From the NCBI GenBank assembly GCA_034430375.1, contig DAOUER010000001.1:5760-69759 (forward strand): a stretch of 64,000 nucleotides of DNA. The letters are read 5' to 3'. Source of the stretch: Dehalococcoidales bacterium. GTDB taxonomy: Bacteria; Chloroflexota; Dehalococcoidia; Dehalococcoidales; RBG-16-60-22. Below, in pieces: positions 22,024-31,540 of the stretch; position 1 is the first letter of the stretch, and every line of letters starts with the position of its first letter. The position numbers and the translations under genes were made by a program. The notes under the pieces are model-generated. The model did no database searches, was not told the origin of the DNA, and saw nothing but the letters and a program-made list of their open reading frames with translations.

Positions 22024-22095
22024 TCATCAAGGATATGATGTGTAAATATGGGCGAATCTTTCCCTATCCTCAGTCGAAAGGCAGCGTTATAAAAG

Positions 22096-22419
22096 ATGAT
22101 AAAACATATTGTAATGTGGAAACTCAGGAATTTCGCCGAGGGTGGCAATAAGGGTGAAAACGCACTCATAGTGAAGTCCAAACTTGAAGGACTAAAGAAG
22201 AAAATCAAGTGCGTCAAAACGCTGGAGGTAGGATTCAATATTAATAAATCGCCTACGACTTACGACGTTGTTTTATATGCCGAGTTTGACACCGTTGAAG
22301 ACATGAATAAGTACAAGACGCATCCGGAGCATAAAAAGGTGGGGGACTTCGTGAGTAAGGTGCGGATGGAAAGAAAGGCGATTGATTACGAGACCGCCGA
22401 CAAGTTCGTGAAGCGATAA
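22096..22419 (+). CDS. Dabb (stress-responsive alpha/beta-barrel) domain protein
   Basis: MIKHIVMWKL..., DVVLYAEFDTVEDMNKYKTHPEHKKV; the size and pattern fit the family. Confidence 0.7.
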   Translation: MIKHIVMWKLRNFAEGGNKGENALIVKSKLEGLKKKIKCVKTLEVGFNINKSPTTYDVVLYAEFDTVEDMNKYKTHPEHKKVGDFVSKVRMERKAIDYETADKFVKR

Positions 22420-22426
22420 CCTTGAT

Positions 22427-23062
22427 ATGATAGAAATCATCCTGGTTCGTCACGGTCAAACTGACTGGAATACATCGGAAACATTCCGAGGTAGAATGGA
22501 AGTAGCCCTGAATGATACCGGGACCAAGCAGGCCGGCGACCTGGGAAATTATCTTGGTAACGAGAAGATAGACATCATTTATTCCAGCCCGCTGCAACGG
22601 GCGGCAGCGACTGCCTGGGCAGTCGCGGACCGTCAGAACCTGGAGGTCAATACCGTTGAAAACCTTACCGATTTTGATTACGGTGACTGGGAGGGGATAT
22701 CCCGGGAAGAAGTTGCCAGGAATTACCCTGAGCTTTATAGAGACTGGCTGGATACACCGGAGCAGGTAAAAATGCCCGGGGGTGAGAGCCTGGCCGAAGT
22801 GAGGGAACGGGCTGGGTCTTTTACTGAAGATGCGGTGATGAGATGCGGTGAAGGCAGAGTCTTGCTGGTAACCCACCGCGTCGTTATTAAGGTGGTTATC
22901 TGTGCTTTGCTGGGACTGGATATCTCTCACTTCTGGAACATCAGAATAGATACCTGCGGGCTTTCCCGGTTTAGAGCCGGCGATGGCAGGCTGGTTTTAA
23001 CCAGGCATAATGATACTTCCTTTCTATCTACGTCGGAAACAGCGGAACAGAGAGATTTTTAA
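22427..23062 (+). CDS. histidine phosphatase family protein (phosphoglycerate mutase / CobC-like)
   Basis: The catalytic RHG motif lies in IILVRHGQTDWN. Also SSPLQRAAATA and LLVTHRVVIK. Confidence 0.85.
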   Translation: MIEIILVRHGQTDWNTSETFRGRMEVALNDTGTKQAGDLGNYLGNEKIDIIYSSPLQRAAATAWAVADRQNLEVNTVENLTDFDYGDWEGISREEVARNYPELYRDWLDTPEQVKMPGGESLAEVRERAGSFTEDAVMRCGEGRVLLVTHRVVIKVVICALLGLDISHFWNIRIDTCGLSRFRAGDGRLVLTRHNDTSFLSTSETAEQRDF

Positions 23063-23143
23063 AATATCCTCGTTGTCTTTACAGTCGAGGTGAAGGAGAG
23101 ATAAAATGCGTAGAGAAGTAATGAGAAACGGGGGTGGTAACGG

Positions 23144-23422
23144 ATGAGCATTGAATGGTTTCGTGATCTGGTAATAATCATCTGGGGTATCGGGGCGACG
23201 GTAGTAACGCTGCTTGTTGGAGTCTTGGCGCTCTTACTCTATCGGCGGATAAGGCCGGCGCTGGATTCTCTTAGAGCGACTACCAAAACGGTGGAAAATA
23301 TAACATCGGCTGTTGGCGAACAGGTAGCCGGGCCGCTGGCAAAAGTGGCCGCTTTTGTACAGGGGATACGGCAGGCAGCCAACCTGGTGAGTCATCTGAG
23401 AAATAAACAGGAGGACGATTAA
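23144..23422 (+). CDS. DUF948-like single-TM protein
   Basis: N-terminal TM helix followed by a helical tail. Paired with a YtxH-like gene, as is common. Confidence 0.55.
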   Translation: MSIEWFRDLVIIIWGIGATVVTLLVGVLALLLYRRIRPALDSLRATTKTVENITSAVGEQVAGPLAKVAAFVQGIRQAANLVSHLRNKQEDD

Positions 23423-23423
23423 T

Positions 23424-23660
23424 ATGAACGAGAAAGATACTGGCAGTCATTTTCTGGTTGGTTTCATTGTTGGGACGGTGGTCGGAGTAGCCATTGGTTT
23501 TCTTTACGCCCCGAAATCCGGAAAAGAGACCCGGGCTTTGCTTAAGGAAAAAGCGGGTGAAGTGAAAGAGAAAGCCAGTGAAGTTACCGAAAGAGCCAAG
23601 GAAGCGGCTCTGGAGGCCGGCAGGAAAGTTAAGGAGAAGCTGTCACATAAAGAGGACTAG
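23424..23660 (+). CDS. YtxH-like protein
   Basis: GFIVGTVVGVAIGFLYAPKSGKETRALLKEKAGEVKEKA is the YtxH signature. Confidence 0.75.
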   Translation: MNEKDTGSHFLVGFIVGTVVGVAIGFLYAPKSGKETRALLKEKAGEVKEKASEVTERAKEAALEAGRKVKEKLSHKED

Positions 23661-23700
23661 CTGAAGTTCCTGGTAGAAAGAATCCAAAAGAGTACTGTAA

Positions 23701-24795
23701 TTGACTAATTTACTCACGAGACACTGGCGCCTGGTGCTTCTGATACTGGGCATGATTCTATTTATCTGGCTCCTGTATGCGATAAAGACCGTCATTCTCC
23801 CTTTCGCTACGGGTCTGATATTAGCCTACCTCATGATGCCGCTGGTGTTATGGTTGGAACGGAAATTGCCGCCGCGGCGGAAGTGGCCCTCTTTCCGGCG
23901 GATAGTTTCCGTCCTGCTTTCCATGATATTACTGGTGGCTATCGTTGGTTCCTTCGCCTATTTTGTGGTGACAGCCGTCGTTGATGCCTCATTGTCCCTG
24001 CTGGAAAGCGCCCCGTATTTTATCGGTCAGAGTCTCATCGAGATACAGGACTGGTTCAATGATATTATCGCCGCTTTACCGGTGGAGATACAACAGGAAG
24101 TGGATAAAGAAATTGTTGATGCCGGCGTGTCTCTTGGTAATGCTATCCGGTCGTCTCTGATGGGGGCGGTCACATCCATTCCCGCTACCTTCGGCATGAT
24201 TATGGGTTTCGCCGTTTTACCCTTCTTTTTATTCTATTTGCTAAAAGACTCGGAAAAGCTAAAGGCTGGTTTGCTGTCTATGTTCTCCGAACGATTTATC
24301 GTGCACGTGCGTAATGTCCTGGCGATAATCGAGCGGGTGCTGGGATGGTATATCCGGGCGCAGCTGATGCTGGGACTGATAGTGGCTTATTTCATCTTTA
24401 TCGGGCTCCATGTCCTCGATGTGCCCTACAAATTAGCCCTGGCACTTGTAGCCGGTGTGGCAGAACTGGTCCCGATAATAGGACCCTGGGTAAGTGGTGG
24501 GATAGCTGTTGTGGTAACCCTGGCTGTCGTACCGGAGAAGGCAATATGGGTAGCGGTTATCTTTGTAGCCGTCCAGCTTCTGGAAAACAGCTTGTTCGTG
24601 CCCAAAATACAGAGCGCTTACCTGCGTATCCACCCGGCCATCATGATATTCCTGCTGGTTTTCGGCGCCTATGTGGCCGGATTCTGGGGGCTCTTGATAA
24701 TCGGTCCGTTAACCGCCACGCTTTACGAGATATTCAAATACATCCGTGGCTACTATCGTGAACCGAAGCTGCTGGAACCGGTTGAACCAGGGTAA
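23701..24795 (+). CDS. AI-2E family transporter (PerM-like permease)
   Basis: 364-aa polytopic membrane protein with the family-typical C-terminal ELVPIIGPW...LENSLFVPK block. Confidence 0.85.
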   Translation: MTNLLTRHWRLVLLILGMILFIWLLYAIKTVILPFATGLILAYLMMPLVLWLERKLPPRRKWPSFRRIVSVLLSMILLVAIVGSFAYFVVTAVVDASLSLLESAPYFIGQSLIEIQDWFNDIIAALPVEIQQEVDKEIVDAGVSLGNAIRSSLMGAVTSIPATFGMIMGFAVLPFFLFYLLKDSEKLKAGLLSMFSERFIVHVRNVLAIIERVLGWYIRAQLMLGLIVAYFIFIGLHVLDVPYKLALALVAGVAELVPIIGPWVSGGIAVVVTLAVVPEKAIWVAVIFVAVQLLENSLFVPKIQSAYLRIHPAIMIFLLVFGAYVAGFWGLLIIGPLTATLYEIFKYIRGYYREPKLLEPVEPG

Positions 24796-24997
24796 TCCCA
24801 CTGGTTAGGATTTTACATACTTTCGTTAAGAGATGAGTACTTCACCCCCTTTGTCCCCTTCTCCCAACGCGGCAAGCAGTTGACCAGTAATATTTTCTTT
24901 GGAGAGGGGGGATTGTTTTGAAAGAGGGGCTTCGCTCCTCTTAAACGCCCCCTTATAAATAATCCTCACTCTCCTTTCGCTCTTTCTTTTTGTTCTC

Positions 24998-25006
24998 TGC
25001 TATAAT
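24998..25006 (+). promoter_or_regulatory. extended -10 promoter (TGcTATAAT) driving an apparently leaderless polA
   Basis: TG 24998-24999 and TATAAT 25001-25006. The ATG at 25013 starts 6 nt after the hexamer, and there is no SD. Confidence 0.55.
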
Positions 25007-25012
25007 GTGGAT

Positions 25013-27751
25013 ATGAGTAAACCGTTGCTGCTGTTATTCGACGGTAATGCCATTGTCCACCGCGCTTATCACGCTTTCGGGGCCACCCGTTACCGGCAGG
25101 CAACGCCGCTTACCGTATCCAAAACCGGGGAAGTCGTCAGCGCGGTTTACGGGTTTGCCCTGATGTTATTGAAGGTCTTGAACGACCTGCAGCCGGTCTA
25201 CTGCGCCGTCGCTTTTGATAAAAAAGGTCCTACTTTCCGGCACAAGATGTTCGACCAATATAAAGCCACCCGCCCACCGACGCCCGATGACCTGGTGAAT
25301 CAGATAGGAAGGGTAAAAGAACTCGTCGAGGCTTTCGGGATGCCGGTTTACGAGGTGGACAATTATGAAGCCGATGATATCCTGGGCACACTCGGCGAAC
25401 AGGCCAGCCGGCAGGGTATAGATACCGTTATCGTTACCGGAGATGCTGATACCATGCAGCTGGTAGCCCCCGGGGTGAAAGTCCTTTATCCCAAGCCGGG
25501 TAAAACCTTCAGCGATACCATGCTTTTTGACAGAGAAGCCGTGGTGGGAAAATACAGCGTTCCCCCGGAGCATATTACCGACCTCAAGGCGCTGATGGGG
25601 GATAATTCCGATAATATCCCCGGGGTGCCGGGGATAGGTGAGAAAACGGCCGTAAGGCTCATCCAGCAGTTCGGGTCGCTGGAGGATATATATCAGCACC
25701 TGGAAGAAGTAACTCCACCCCGGATTCGTGAGATACTGCAGCAGAACGGCGCTATAGCCCGGCAGAGCAAAGAGTTGGCGACGATAATCCGGCAGGTGCC
25801 GGTCTCGCTGGAACTCGAGAAAAGCCGGCTGATGAAGTACGACCGGAAAAAGGCCGCCGATTTCTTGCGCGACCTGGAGTTTTTCAGTTTGCTTTCCAAG
25901 TTACCCGGCGGTGAGGATGAAGCCTCAGAAGATGAAATTGTGGCCGGGCCGGCTAAGGGGGCATACATCCTGGTAACCACGGAAGAAGACCTCGATAAAC
26001 TCTGTGATTACCTGAAAAAAGCCGGAGCGTTCGCCTTCGATACCGAAACGACGGGACTCAATGCCATGCAGGCAAAGCCGGTGGGCATATCCATCGCGGC
26101 GGAGGCGGGTAAGGCCTACTACATACCGGTCGGTCATGTCATCCTTGACGAAGTAAGTCAGCTGCCCCTGGAACAGGTTATCAGCAAATTGAAACCTGTG
26201 TTCGAGGATACGCATATCGCTAAGTCCGCCCACAATGCCAAGTTCGACATGATGATACTGGCCGGCTGCGGGGTAACGGTAAACAACCTTGACTTTGATA
26301 CGATGATTGCGGCTTTTTTACTGGGTGAAAAGGCCATCGGGCTTAAAAATCTCGCCTTCAGCAAGCTGGGGATAGAAATGACGCCCATCAGTAATCTGAT
26401 CGGCACCGGGTCTAAACAAATTTCGATGTCGCAGGTGGGTATTAAGGAGACGGCCGAATACGCCGCCGCTGATGCCGATATGACCTTCCGGCTGGAGGAA
26501 ATGTTCAGGAAGGAACTGGATAAACAGGATTTAACGAAACTCTTTTACGAAGTAGAGATGCCGCTGGTGCCGGTCCTGCTGGATATGGAGAGGAACGGCG
26601 TGCTCCTGGACAAGGGTATCCTGAAAAAGATGTCGGAAAACCTGGGGGAGCAGATCAGCGTGCTGGAGGAACGCATTTACAGCGAGGCCGGGGGTGAGTT
26701 CAATATAAATTCGCCCAAGCAGCTGGGGCGTGTCCTATTCGATGAACTGCAGTTGCCGACGTACCGGCGCGGCAAGGCCAGGTATTCCACCGAGGCATCC
26801 GTTTTACAGGAACTCAGCCAGGACTATCCTATTACCCGCGACGTCCTGGAATACCGTCAACTGGCCAAGTTGAAGTCGACTTATCTGGATGCCCTGCCCG
26901 GGTTGGTCAATCCGGATACCGGGAGGATTCACACCAGTTTCAACCAGACCCGGGCGGTTACCGGACGGCTTTCCTCCAGCGACCCCAACATGCAGAACAT
27001 CCCGATACGAGGGGAACTGGGCGGGCAAGTGCGCCAGGCCTTTATCGCTCCGGAGGGCTCTCTGCTGCTGGCCGGCGATTACTCCCAGATTGATTTACGG
27101 GCGCTGGCGCACCTTTCCCAAGACGAGAATCTTCTTAAAGCATTCCGTCATGATGAAGATATCCATGCCACTACGGCCGCCCAGATTTACGGTGTCTCAC
27201 CGTCTGAAATCACGCTGGACATGCGGCGTTTCGCCAAGACGGTGAACTTCGGGGTTATCTACGGCATGAGCGACTACGGACTGGAGCAGGCTACCGAGTT
27301 GTCCCGCGAGGAAGCGGGTAAGTTTATCAAGGCCTATTTTGAAAAATATCCGGGAGTGCGAAAATACTTTAACGCTACCCGGGAAAAAGCGCGGCAAACC
27401 GGATATGTGGAGACATTGCTGGGCCGACGGAGATATATCCCGGATATCAATGCCGCCAACCGACAGGTCAGGGAGTCGGCGGAACGCATGGCCATCAATA
27501 TGCCTGTTCAGGGCACCTCCGCCGATATTATCAAGGTGGCGATGATAAACCTGTTCCGCCAGATGAAAGAGAAGAAGCTCCAGAGTAAAATGCTGCTGCA
27601 GGTCCATGACGAACTTGTATTCGAGGTGCCCGAAAGTGAGATGGACACGATGTGTGAAATGGTCTCCGAAGTTATGTCCTCGGCGGTAGAACTCAGCATA
27701 CCCCTCAAGGTAGACATCAAACAGGGCGGGAACTGGGGAGAAATGAAGTAG
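25013..27751 (+). CDS. polA: DNA polymerase I
   Basis: 5'-nuclease N-terminus (LLLFDGNAIVHRAYHAF), a 3'-5' exonuclease block (FAFDTETTGL), and polymerase motifs (DYSQIDLR, RRFAKTVNFGVIYG, QVHDELVFE). The track start GTG 25007 is 2 codons upstream. Confidence 0.97.
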   Translation: MSKPLLLLFDGNAIVHRAYHAFGATRYRQATPLTVSKTGEVVSAVYGFALMLLKVLNDLQPVYCAVAFDKKGPTFRHKMFDQYKATRPPTPDDLVNQIGRVKELVEAFGMPVYEVDNYEADDILGTLGEQASRQGIDTVIVTGDADTMQLVAPGVKVLYPKPGKTFSDTMLFDREAVVGKYSVPPEHITDLKALMGDNSDNIPGVPGIGEKTAVRLIQQFGSLEDIYQHLEEVTPPRIREILQQNGAIARQSKELATIIRQVPVSLELEKSRLMKYDRKKAADFLRDLEFFSLLSKLPGGEDEASEDEIVAGPAKGAYILVTTEEDLDKLCDYLKKAGAFAFDTETTGLNAMQAKPVGISIAAEAGKAYYIPVGHVILDEVSQLPLEQVISKLKPVFEDTHIAKSAHNAKFDMMILAGCGVTVNNLDFDTMIAAFLLGEKAIGLKNLAFSKLGIEMTPISNLIGTGSKQISMSQVGIKETAEYAAADADMTFRLEEMFRKELDKQDLTKLFYEVEMPLVPVLLDMERNGVLLDKGILKKMSENLGEQISVLEERIYSEAGGEFNINSPKQLGRVLFDELQLPTYRRGKARYSTEASVLQELSQDYPITRDVLEYRQLAKLKSTYLDALPGLVNPDTGRIHTSFNQTRAVTGRLSSSDPNMQNIPIRGELGGQVRQAFIAPEGSLLLAGDYSQIDLRALAHLSQDENLLKAFRHDEDIHATTAAQIYGVSPSEITLDMRRFAKTVNFGVIYGMSDYGLEQATELSREEAGKFIKAYFEKYPGVRKYFNATREKARQTGYVETLLGRRRYIPDINAANRQVRESAERMAINMPVQGTSADIIKVAMINLFRQMKEKKLQSKMLLQVHDELVFEVPESEMDTMCEMVSEVMSSAVELSIPLKVDIKQGGNWGEMK

Positions 27752-27754
27752 GCC

Positions 27755-28561
27755 ATGCCCGAACTGCCTGAAGTAGAAACCATCAAGAATGAGCTCTTGC
27801 CCTACGTTATCGGCAGGAAAATCACCGGTATTACGCTGTTCTGGGAAAGAATAGTACGCACACCATCGGCGGATGAGTTTATCAATAGCGTGGTCGGGCA
27901 GGAGATTACCGGGCTGACGCGCCGCGGGAAATACCTCTTCTTTCATCTCGGCAGCGGTAAAATGCTGGTGATGCACATGAAAATGACCGGCTCTCTGATA
28001 ATCGACCCCGCTGACGACCGCTTCACCCGGGCGATTATCTACATGGACAACGGCACGGCGATGCATTTCTGGGACCCCCGGAAATTCGGGGTGATGTGGC
28101 TGGCTGATGATGACAGGGCTGTTTTGACTAAACTCGGCCCCGAACCGCTGGAAGGAGATTTCACCCCCGAAGTACTGACACAATTATTGAAGAACCGTAC
28201 TGCCCCGGTCAAGCCGGTCATACTCGACCAGGCCGTAATCGCCGGCATCGGTAATATGTACGCCGACGAAGCGTTGTTCGATGCTAAAATTCATCCGTTA
28301 AAACCGGCGGGTAGCCTGACGCAAGACGAAGTAAACCGACTTCACGCCTCGATAATTCGTGTACTAAATAAAGCCTTGAAGAGCAAAGGCGCCAGTGTGC
28401 GGAATTATATCCGGCCCGGCGGTAATCCCGGTACAGCCCACGACGAGTTCAACGTAGCCCACGGGACAGGGAAGAACTGCCCCAACTGCGGCACGGCCAT
28501 CCAGCGCATCGTGGTGCGGGGTCGCGGCACCTACCTCTGCCCCAACTGCCAGCGCTATTAA
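27755..28561 (+). CDS. mutM: formamidopyrimidine-DNA glycosylase
   Basis: MPELPEVETI N-terminus, an H2TH region, and a C-terminal CPNCGTAIQRIVVRGRGTYLCPNCQ zinc finger. Confidence 0.95.
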   Translation: MPELPEVETIKNELLPYVIGRKITGITLFWERIVRTPSADEFINSVVGQEITGLTRRGKYLFFHLGSGKMLVMHMKMTGSLIIDPADDRFTRAIIYMDNGTAMHFWDPRKFGVMWLADDDRAVLTKLGPEPLEGDFTPEVLTQLLKNRTAPVKPVILDQAVIAGIGNMYADEALFDAKIHPLKPAGSLTQDEVNRLHASIIRVLNKALKSKGASVRNYIRPGGNPGTAHDEFNVAHGTGKNCPNCGTAIQRIVVRGRGTYLCPNCQRY

Positions 28562-29169
28562 TCGTCCCAGAGCCGGAAGGGCGGGTATTCATCCGTCATC
28601 AGCGAGGCGTAGGCGTATACACGGAAAGACCAGCGGTTTATCCCAATTATGAGTTTGAATATTTCCGGGGGATACTTGCCGGTAAACAGCACCACGATAA
28701 TACCGATGAGAGCAAGCAGGAATGCTAAACCACCGCCACGGCCTCCCTGGAATATACCGACGATGATATAGTGCGGGATGGCCAGCAGCCACCATTTGAC
28801 CAGTACCAGCCCTCTAGATAGGGATTCGGGGTAGGCGATATCAAGATCGGCGGGGTAATCGGGGTCGGGATCCAGGCTGAATGGCGGGTACTTATCAGTG
28901 CCGAAAGTCTGGAAGCTGTAGAAACCAACCCGCCACCACCAGCGCAGGTAACCGGCGTTGAATTCGAAAAGAGATTTAGGATATTTCCCGGTAAAGAGGA
29001 TAGCAAAGAAAGCTATTAGCCACACCACGAAGAAGGCTATCGAGAGAAAGAATAGTACAATAGCGTGGGGTATGATTAATATTAACTTGAAAATCCACAC
29101 CCAACGCCCCGGGGGTATGGAGAGTTCACCCCTTAAACTAACCGGGTAGGTTTTATTTTCGGTGTTCAT
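28558..29169 (-). CDS. DUF4389-like membrane protein
   Basis: Two repeats of the ...FFAILFTGKYP / ...VVLFTGKYPPEIF... module. ATG 29169 (MNTENK) has a GGGAGGA RBS and is preferred over 29202. Confidence 0.65.
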   Translation of the reverse strand: MNTENKTYPVSLRGELSIPPGRWVWIFKLILIIPHAIVLFFLSIAFFVVWLIAFFAILFTGKYPKSLFEFNAGYLRWWWRVGFYSFQTFGTDKYPPFSLDPDPDYPADLDIAYPESLSRGLVLVKWWLLAIPHYIIVGIFQGGRGGGLAFLLALIGIIVVLFTGKYPPEIFKLIIGINRWSFRVYAYASLMTDEYPPFRLWDD

Positions 29170-29242
29170 GATGTCCTCCCAAGTTTTAAATAATATCCCC
29201 AAGAATATAGATATTTTACATAATTGTCAAGAAGACTTTGAA

Positions 29243-29812
29243 TTATCCGGTACTATCGGCGGCTATCTCCTGAAGGGCGGAGAAATAGGCGGTATAGGCC
29301 TCGGCGTTGAAAAGGACGAAGACGACCTCTTTCACCGAGGTAATCTGCTGTAGGAAGTTGGCCACTGTCTTCAGGGCGATACGGGCGGCTTCGTCTACCG
29401 GATAGCGGTAGACACCGGTACTGATGGAGGGGAAAGCGACGCTGGTGAGGTTGTTCTCGGCGGCTACGTTCAGGCTTTCCCGGTAAGCGCTGGCTAGGAG
29501 TGAAGCCTCCTGCTGGTCACCCCCACGCCATATCGGACCGACGGTATGGATTACATAGCGGGTTTTCATCCTGCCGCCGGTGGTGATTAACGCCTGTCCG
29601 GTGGGGAGTTGTCCCTGACGGGCGACGATTTTTTTACACTCCTCCAATATCGCCGGGCCTCCGGCACGGTGAATCGCGCCGTCGACACCACCGCCGCCCA
29701 TAAGGCTGGAATTGGCGGCATTGACAATAGCGCCGGTGGACATCCGGGTGATATCACCCTGCGTTATCGAAAGCCTGGCTCCGTTGATGATTATCTCGGG
29801 GTCGCTGTTCAT
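29243..29812 (-). CDS. macro-domain protein (O-acetyl-ADP-ribose deacetylase-like)
   Basis: ITQGDITRMSTGAIVNAANSSLMGGGGVDGAIHRAGG and SVAFPSISTGVYRYP are macro-domain signatures. Confidence 0.9.
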   Translation of the reverse strand: MNSDPEIIINGARLSITQGDITRMSTGAIVNAANSSLMGGGGVDGAIHRAGGPAILEECKKIVARQGQLPTGQALITTGGRMKTRYVIHTVGPIWRGGDQQEASLLASAYRESLNVAAENNLTSVAFPSISTGVYRYPVDEAARIALKTVANFLQQITSVKEVVFVLFNAEAYTAYFSALQEIAADSTG

Positions 29813-29831
29813 TTTTCACCCCCAATATTCA

Positions 29832-30971
29832 CTAGTTATTCTCAAGGTAATCGATAGCCCACTGTACGGCGTCATCACCGGTGAGGTCGATTTCTATGTC
29901 CGGTTCTATTCCCTGTCCTTCAATGAGATGACCGTCGGGCGTCAGCCATCGGGCCACCGTCAGGAAAATAGCCGAGCCGTCGTTGAGACTTATTATGTTG
30001 TTAACGCTGCCCTTACCGAATGTCTTCTGGCCGGCGATAGTAGCCCGGTCGTGGTCCTGCAAAGCCCCGGCCAGGACTTCACTGCCGCTGGCACTGTGTT
30101 TATCTACGAGTACTAGCACGGGCAAGTGGACCAGCGGTAGGACTTCTTCCCGGTTATAGGTGGTGATATTCCCCCCATTGTCTCTAATATCAAGGATTTT
30201 CAAATCCATGGTAAAAAAGTGGCTGGCCACCAGGATAACCGACGCGACCGTACCCCCGGGATTGCCGCGGACATCCAGGATAATTCCCTTTGCCGTGGCC
30301 TGGTCGATGCTATCCAGGGCTTCGGACATCTCATCGCCGGTGCGGTCGGTGAAATTGGTAATGATAATATGGGCAAAATCGCCTTCCATTTCCAGCATGA
30401 CGCTAGCGACCTCCACTTTACCCCTGGTGATATTGATAATAAAGGGTTCGTCTATGTTTTCACGTACGATGAGCAGGTTCAGCGAGGTGCCCTCGGGCCC
30501 GCGGATTTTCAGGAGGGCTTCGGTAAAGGTCATGTTTTCCACCAGCTCTCCGTCTATTTCCACGATGATATCACCGGCCATAATCCCGGCTTGTTCCGCT
30601 GGAGAACCGGCTATCGTCGATGTAATGATTAAATGCGAATCGTCAACGGAAACGTAAGCCCCGATGCCTTCGAATTCACCCTCAAAATCGCTGGCGGATA
30701 CTTCATATTCTTCGGGGGTCATAAAGAAGCTGTAGGGATCGTCCAGCGCTTCCATCATACCTTCGATAGCGCCGTGGCTCAGCGTAGTAGTATCCAGTTC
30801 ATCCCGCTCGACATAGTTAGCGAGGATTTCACTCCAGGCCTCCTCGATTAAGTCGGGTCCTTCACCAAGCCGGGGAAATCCATCACAGCTTATCACGGCG
30901 CCGATTCCAACGGATAATCCGAGAACCATAAGCCCTAATAATACGCTGAATATCTTGTTTCTTGTAGACAT
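29832..30971 (-). CDS. ctpA: S41 family C-terminal processing peptidase
   Basis: Signal/TM N-terminus, a PDZ segment, DVRGNPGG, and the catalytic region DKHSASGSEVLAGALQD...GQKTFGKGS. Confidence 0.9.
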   Translation of the reverse strand: MSTRNKIFSVLLGLMVLGLSVGIGAVISCDGFPRLGEGPDLIEEAWSEILANYVERDELDTTTLSHGAIEGMMEALDDPYSFFMTPEEYEVSASDFEGEFEGIGAYVSVDDSHLIITSTIAGSPAEQAGIMAGDIIVEIDGELVENMTFTEALLKIRGPEGTSLNLLIVRENIDEPFIINITRGKVEVASVMLEMEGDFAHIIITNFTDRTGDEMSEALDSIDQATAKGIILDVRGNPGGTVASVILVASHFFTMDLKILDIRDNGGNITTYNREEVLPLVHLPVLVLVDKHSASGSEVLAGALQDHDRATIAGQKTFGKGSVNNIISLNDGSAIFLTVARWLTPDGHLIEGQGIEPDIEIDLTGDDAVQWAIDYLENN

Positions 30972-31152
30972 ACTGCACCTCTTTACCGGGAAAACATAAA
31001 TATGGGAAAACGGTTACTTAATGATACCATAAATGCGGTCGTCTGGTGGCGATGGGAAAGCGGATAGGAAATAATCCCGGCCGCAAATTAAACGGGATGG
31101 CTGTTATCCGTACGATTGAGGAGCTATCGAACTATAAGCAGGGTTGAAAAAT

Positions 31153-31497
31153 CTACCCCGAAGGGGGACGGGTATTGGGGGGTGGCGGATTTTTCATGCC
31201 CAACCGGTAATACTCGCCGGTGTCCTTACGCTTCCAGTTCATCGATATACGCTGCTGGGTGGGGTGGAGCATGGTAATAGCCCCGGGACGGGGGCACTCC
31301 TCAACGCAGCCACCGCAGTACCAGCATTCCTCGGGATAAACGACGATGGGTTCCTTACCCTTTTCCGGATTGGGCAGCATGACATCGGTAGGGCAAACGT
31401 CGACACAGAGATTACACCCGATGCAGATATCCGGGTTAAACTCCACTGCCTTATTCGGCGTAGGGGGATTGGGCAGTATATATGATTTTTCACTCAT
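31153..31497 (-). CDS. AprB-like 2x[4Fe-4S] ferredoxin subunit
   Basis: CIGCNLCVDVCPTD plus PEECWYCGGCVEECP cluster motifs, then an extended tail (ISMNWKRKDTGEYY...), the layout of adenylylsulfate-reductase beta subunits. ATG 31497 has AAGGG 8-9 nt upstream. The track start 31569 would overlap the upstream gene. Confidence 0.7.
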   Translation of the reverse strand: MSEKSYILPNPPTPNKAVEFNPDICIGCNLCVDVCPTDVMLPNPEKGKEPIVVYPEECWYCGGCVEECPRPGAITMLHPTQQRISMNWKRKDTGEYYRLGMKNPPPPNTRPPSG

Positions 31498-31540
31498 TTT
31501 CATTTCCCTTTCCATATTACATCCCGGTATCGCCATAGAG

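Noticed and set aside
21726-22930. Minus-strand ORFs of 170 aa and 225 aa opposite the DUF4342, Dabb and phosphatase genes.
   Set aside because: They are antisense to genes with clear family signatures. The translations lack motifs and RBSs.
24922-24942. The hairpin AAGAGGGGC-ttc-GCTCCTCTT after the AI-2E transporter gene, considered as a terminator.
   Set aside because: The stem is good (9 bp including one G-U), but no U-run follows on either strand. It is left uncalled.
27197-28183. A 328-aa minus-strand ORF spanning the polA/mutM junction.
   Set aside because: It is antisense to two strongly supported genes, and no conserved motifs are recognisable.
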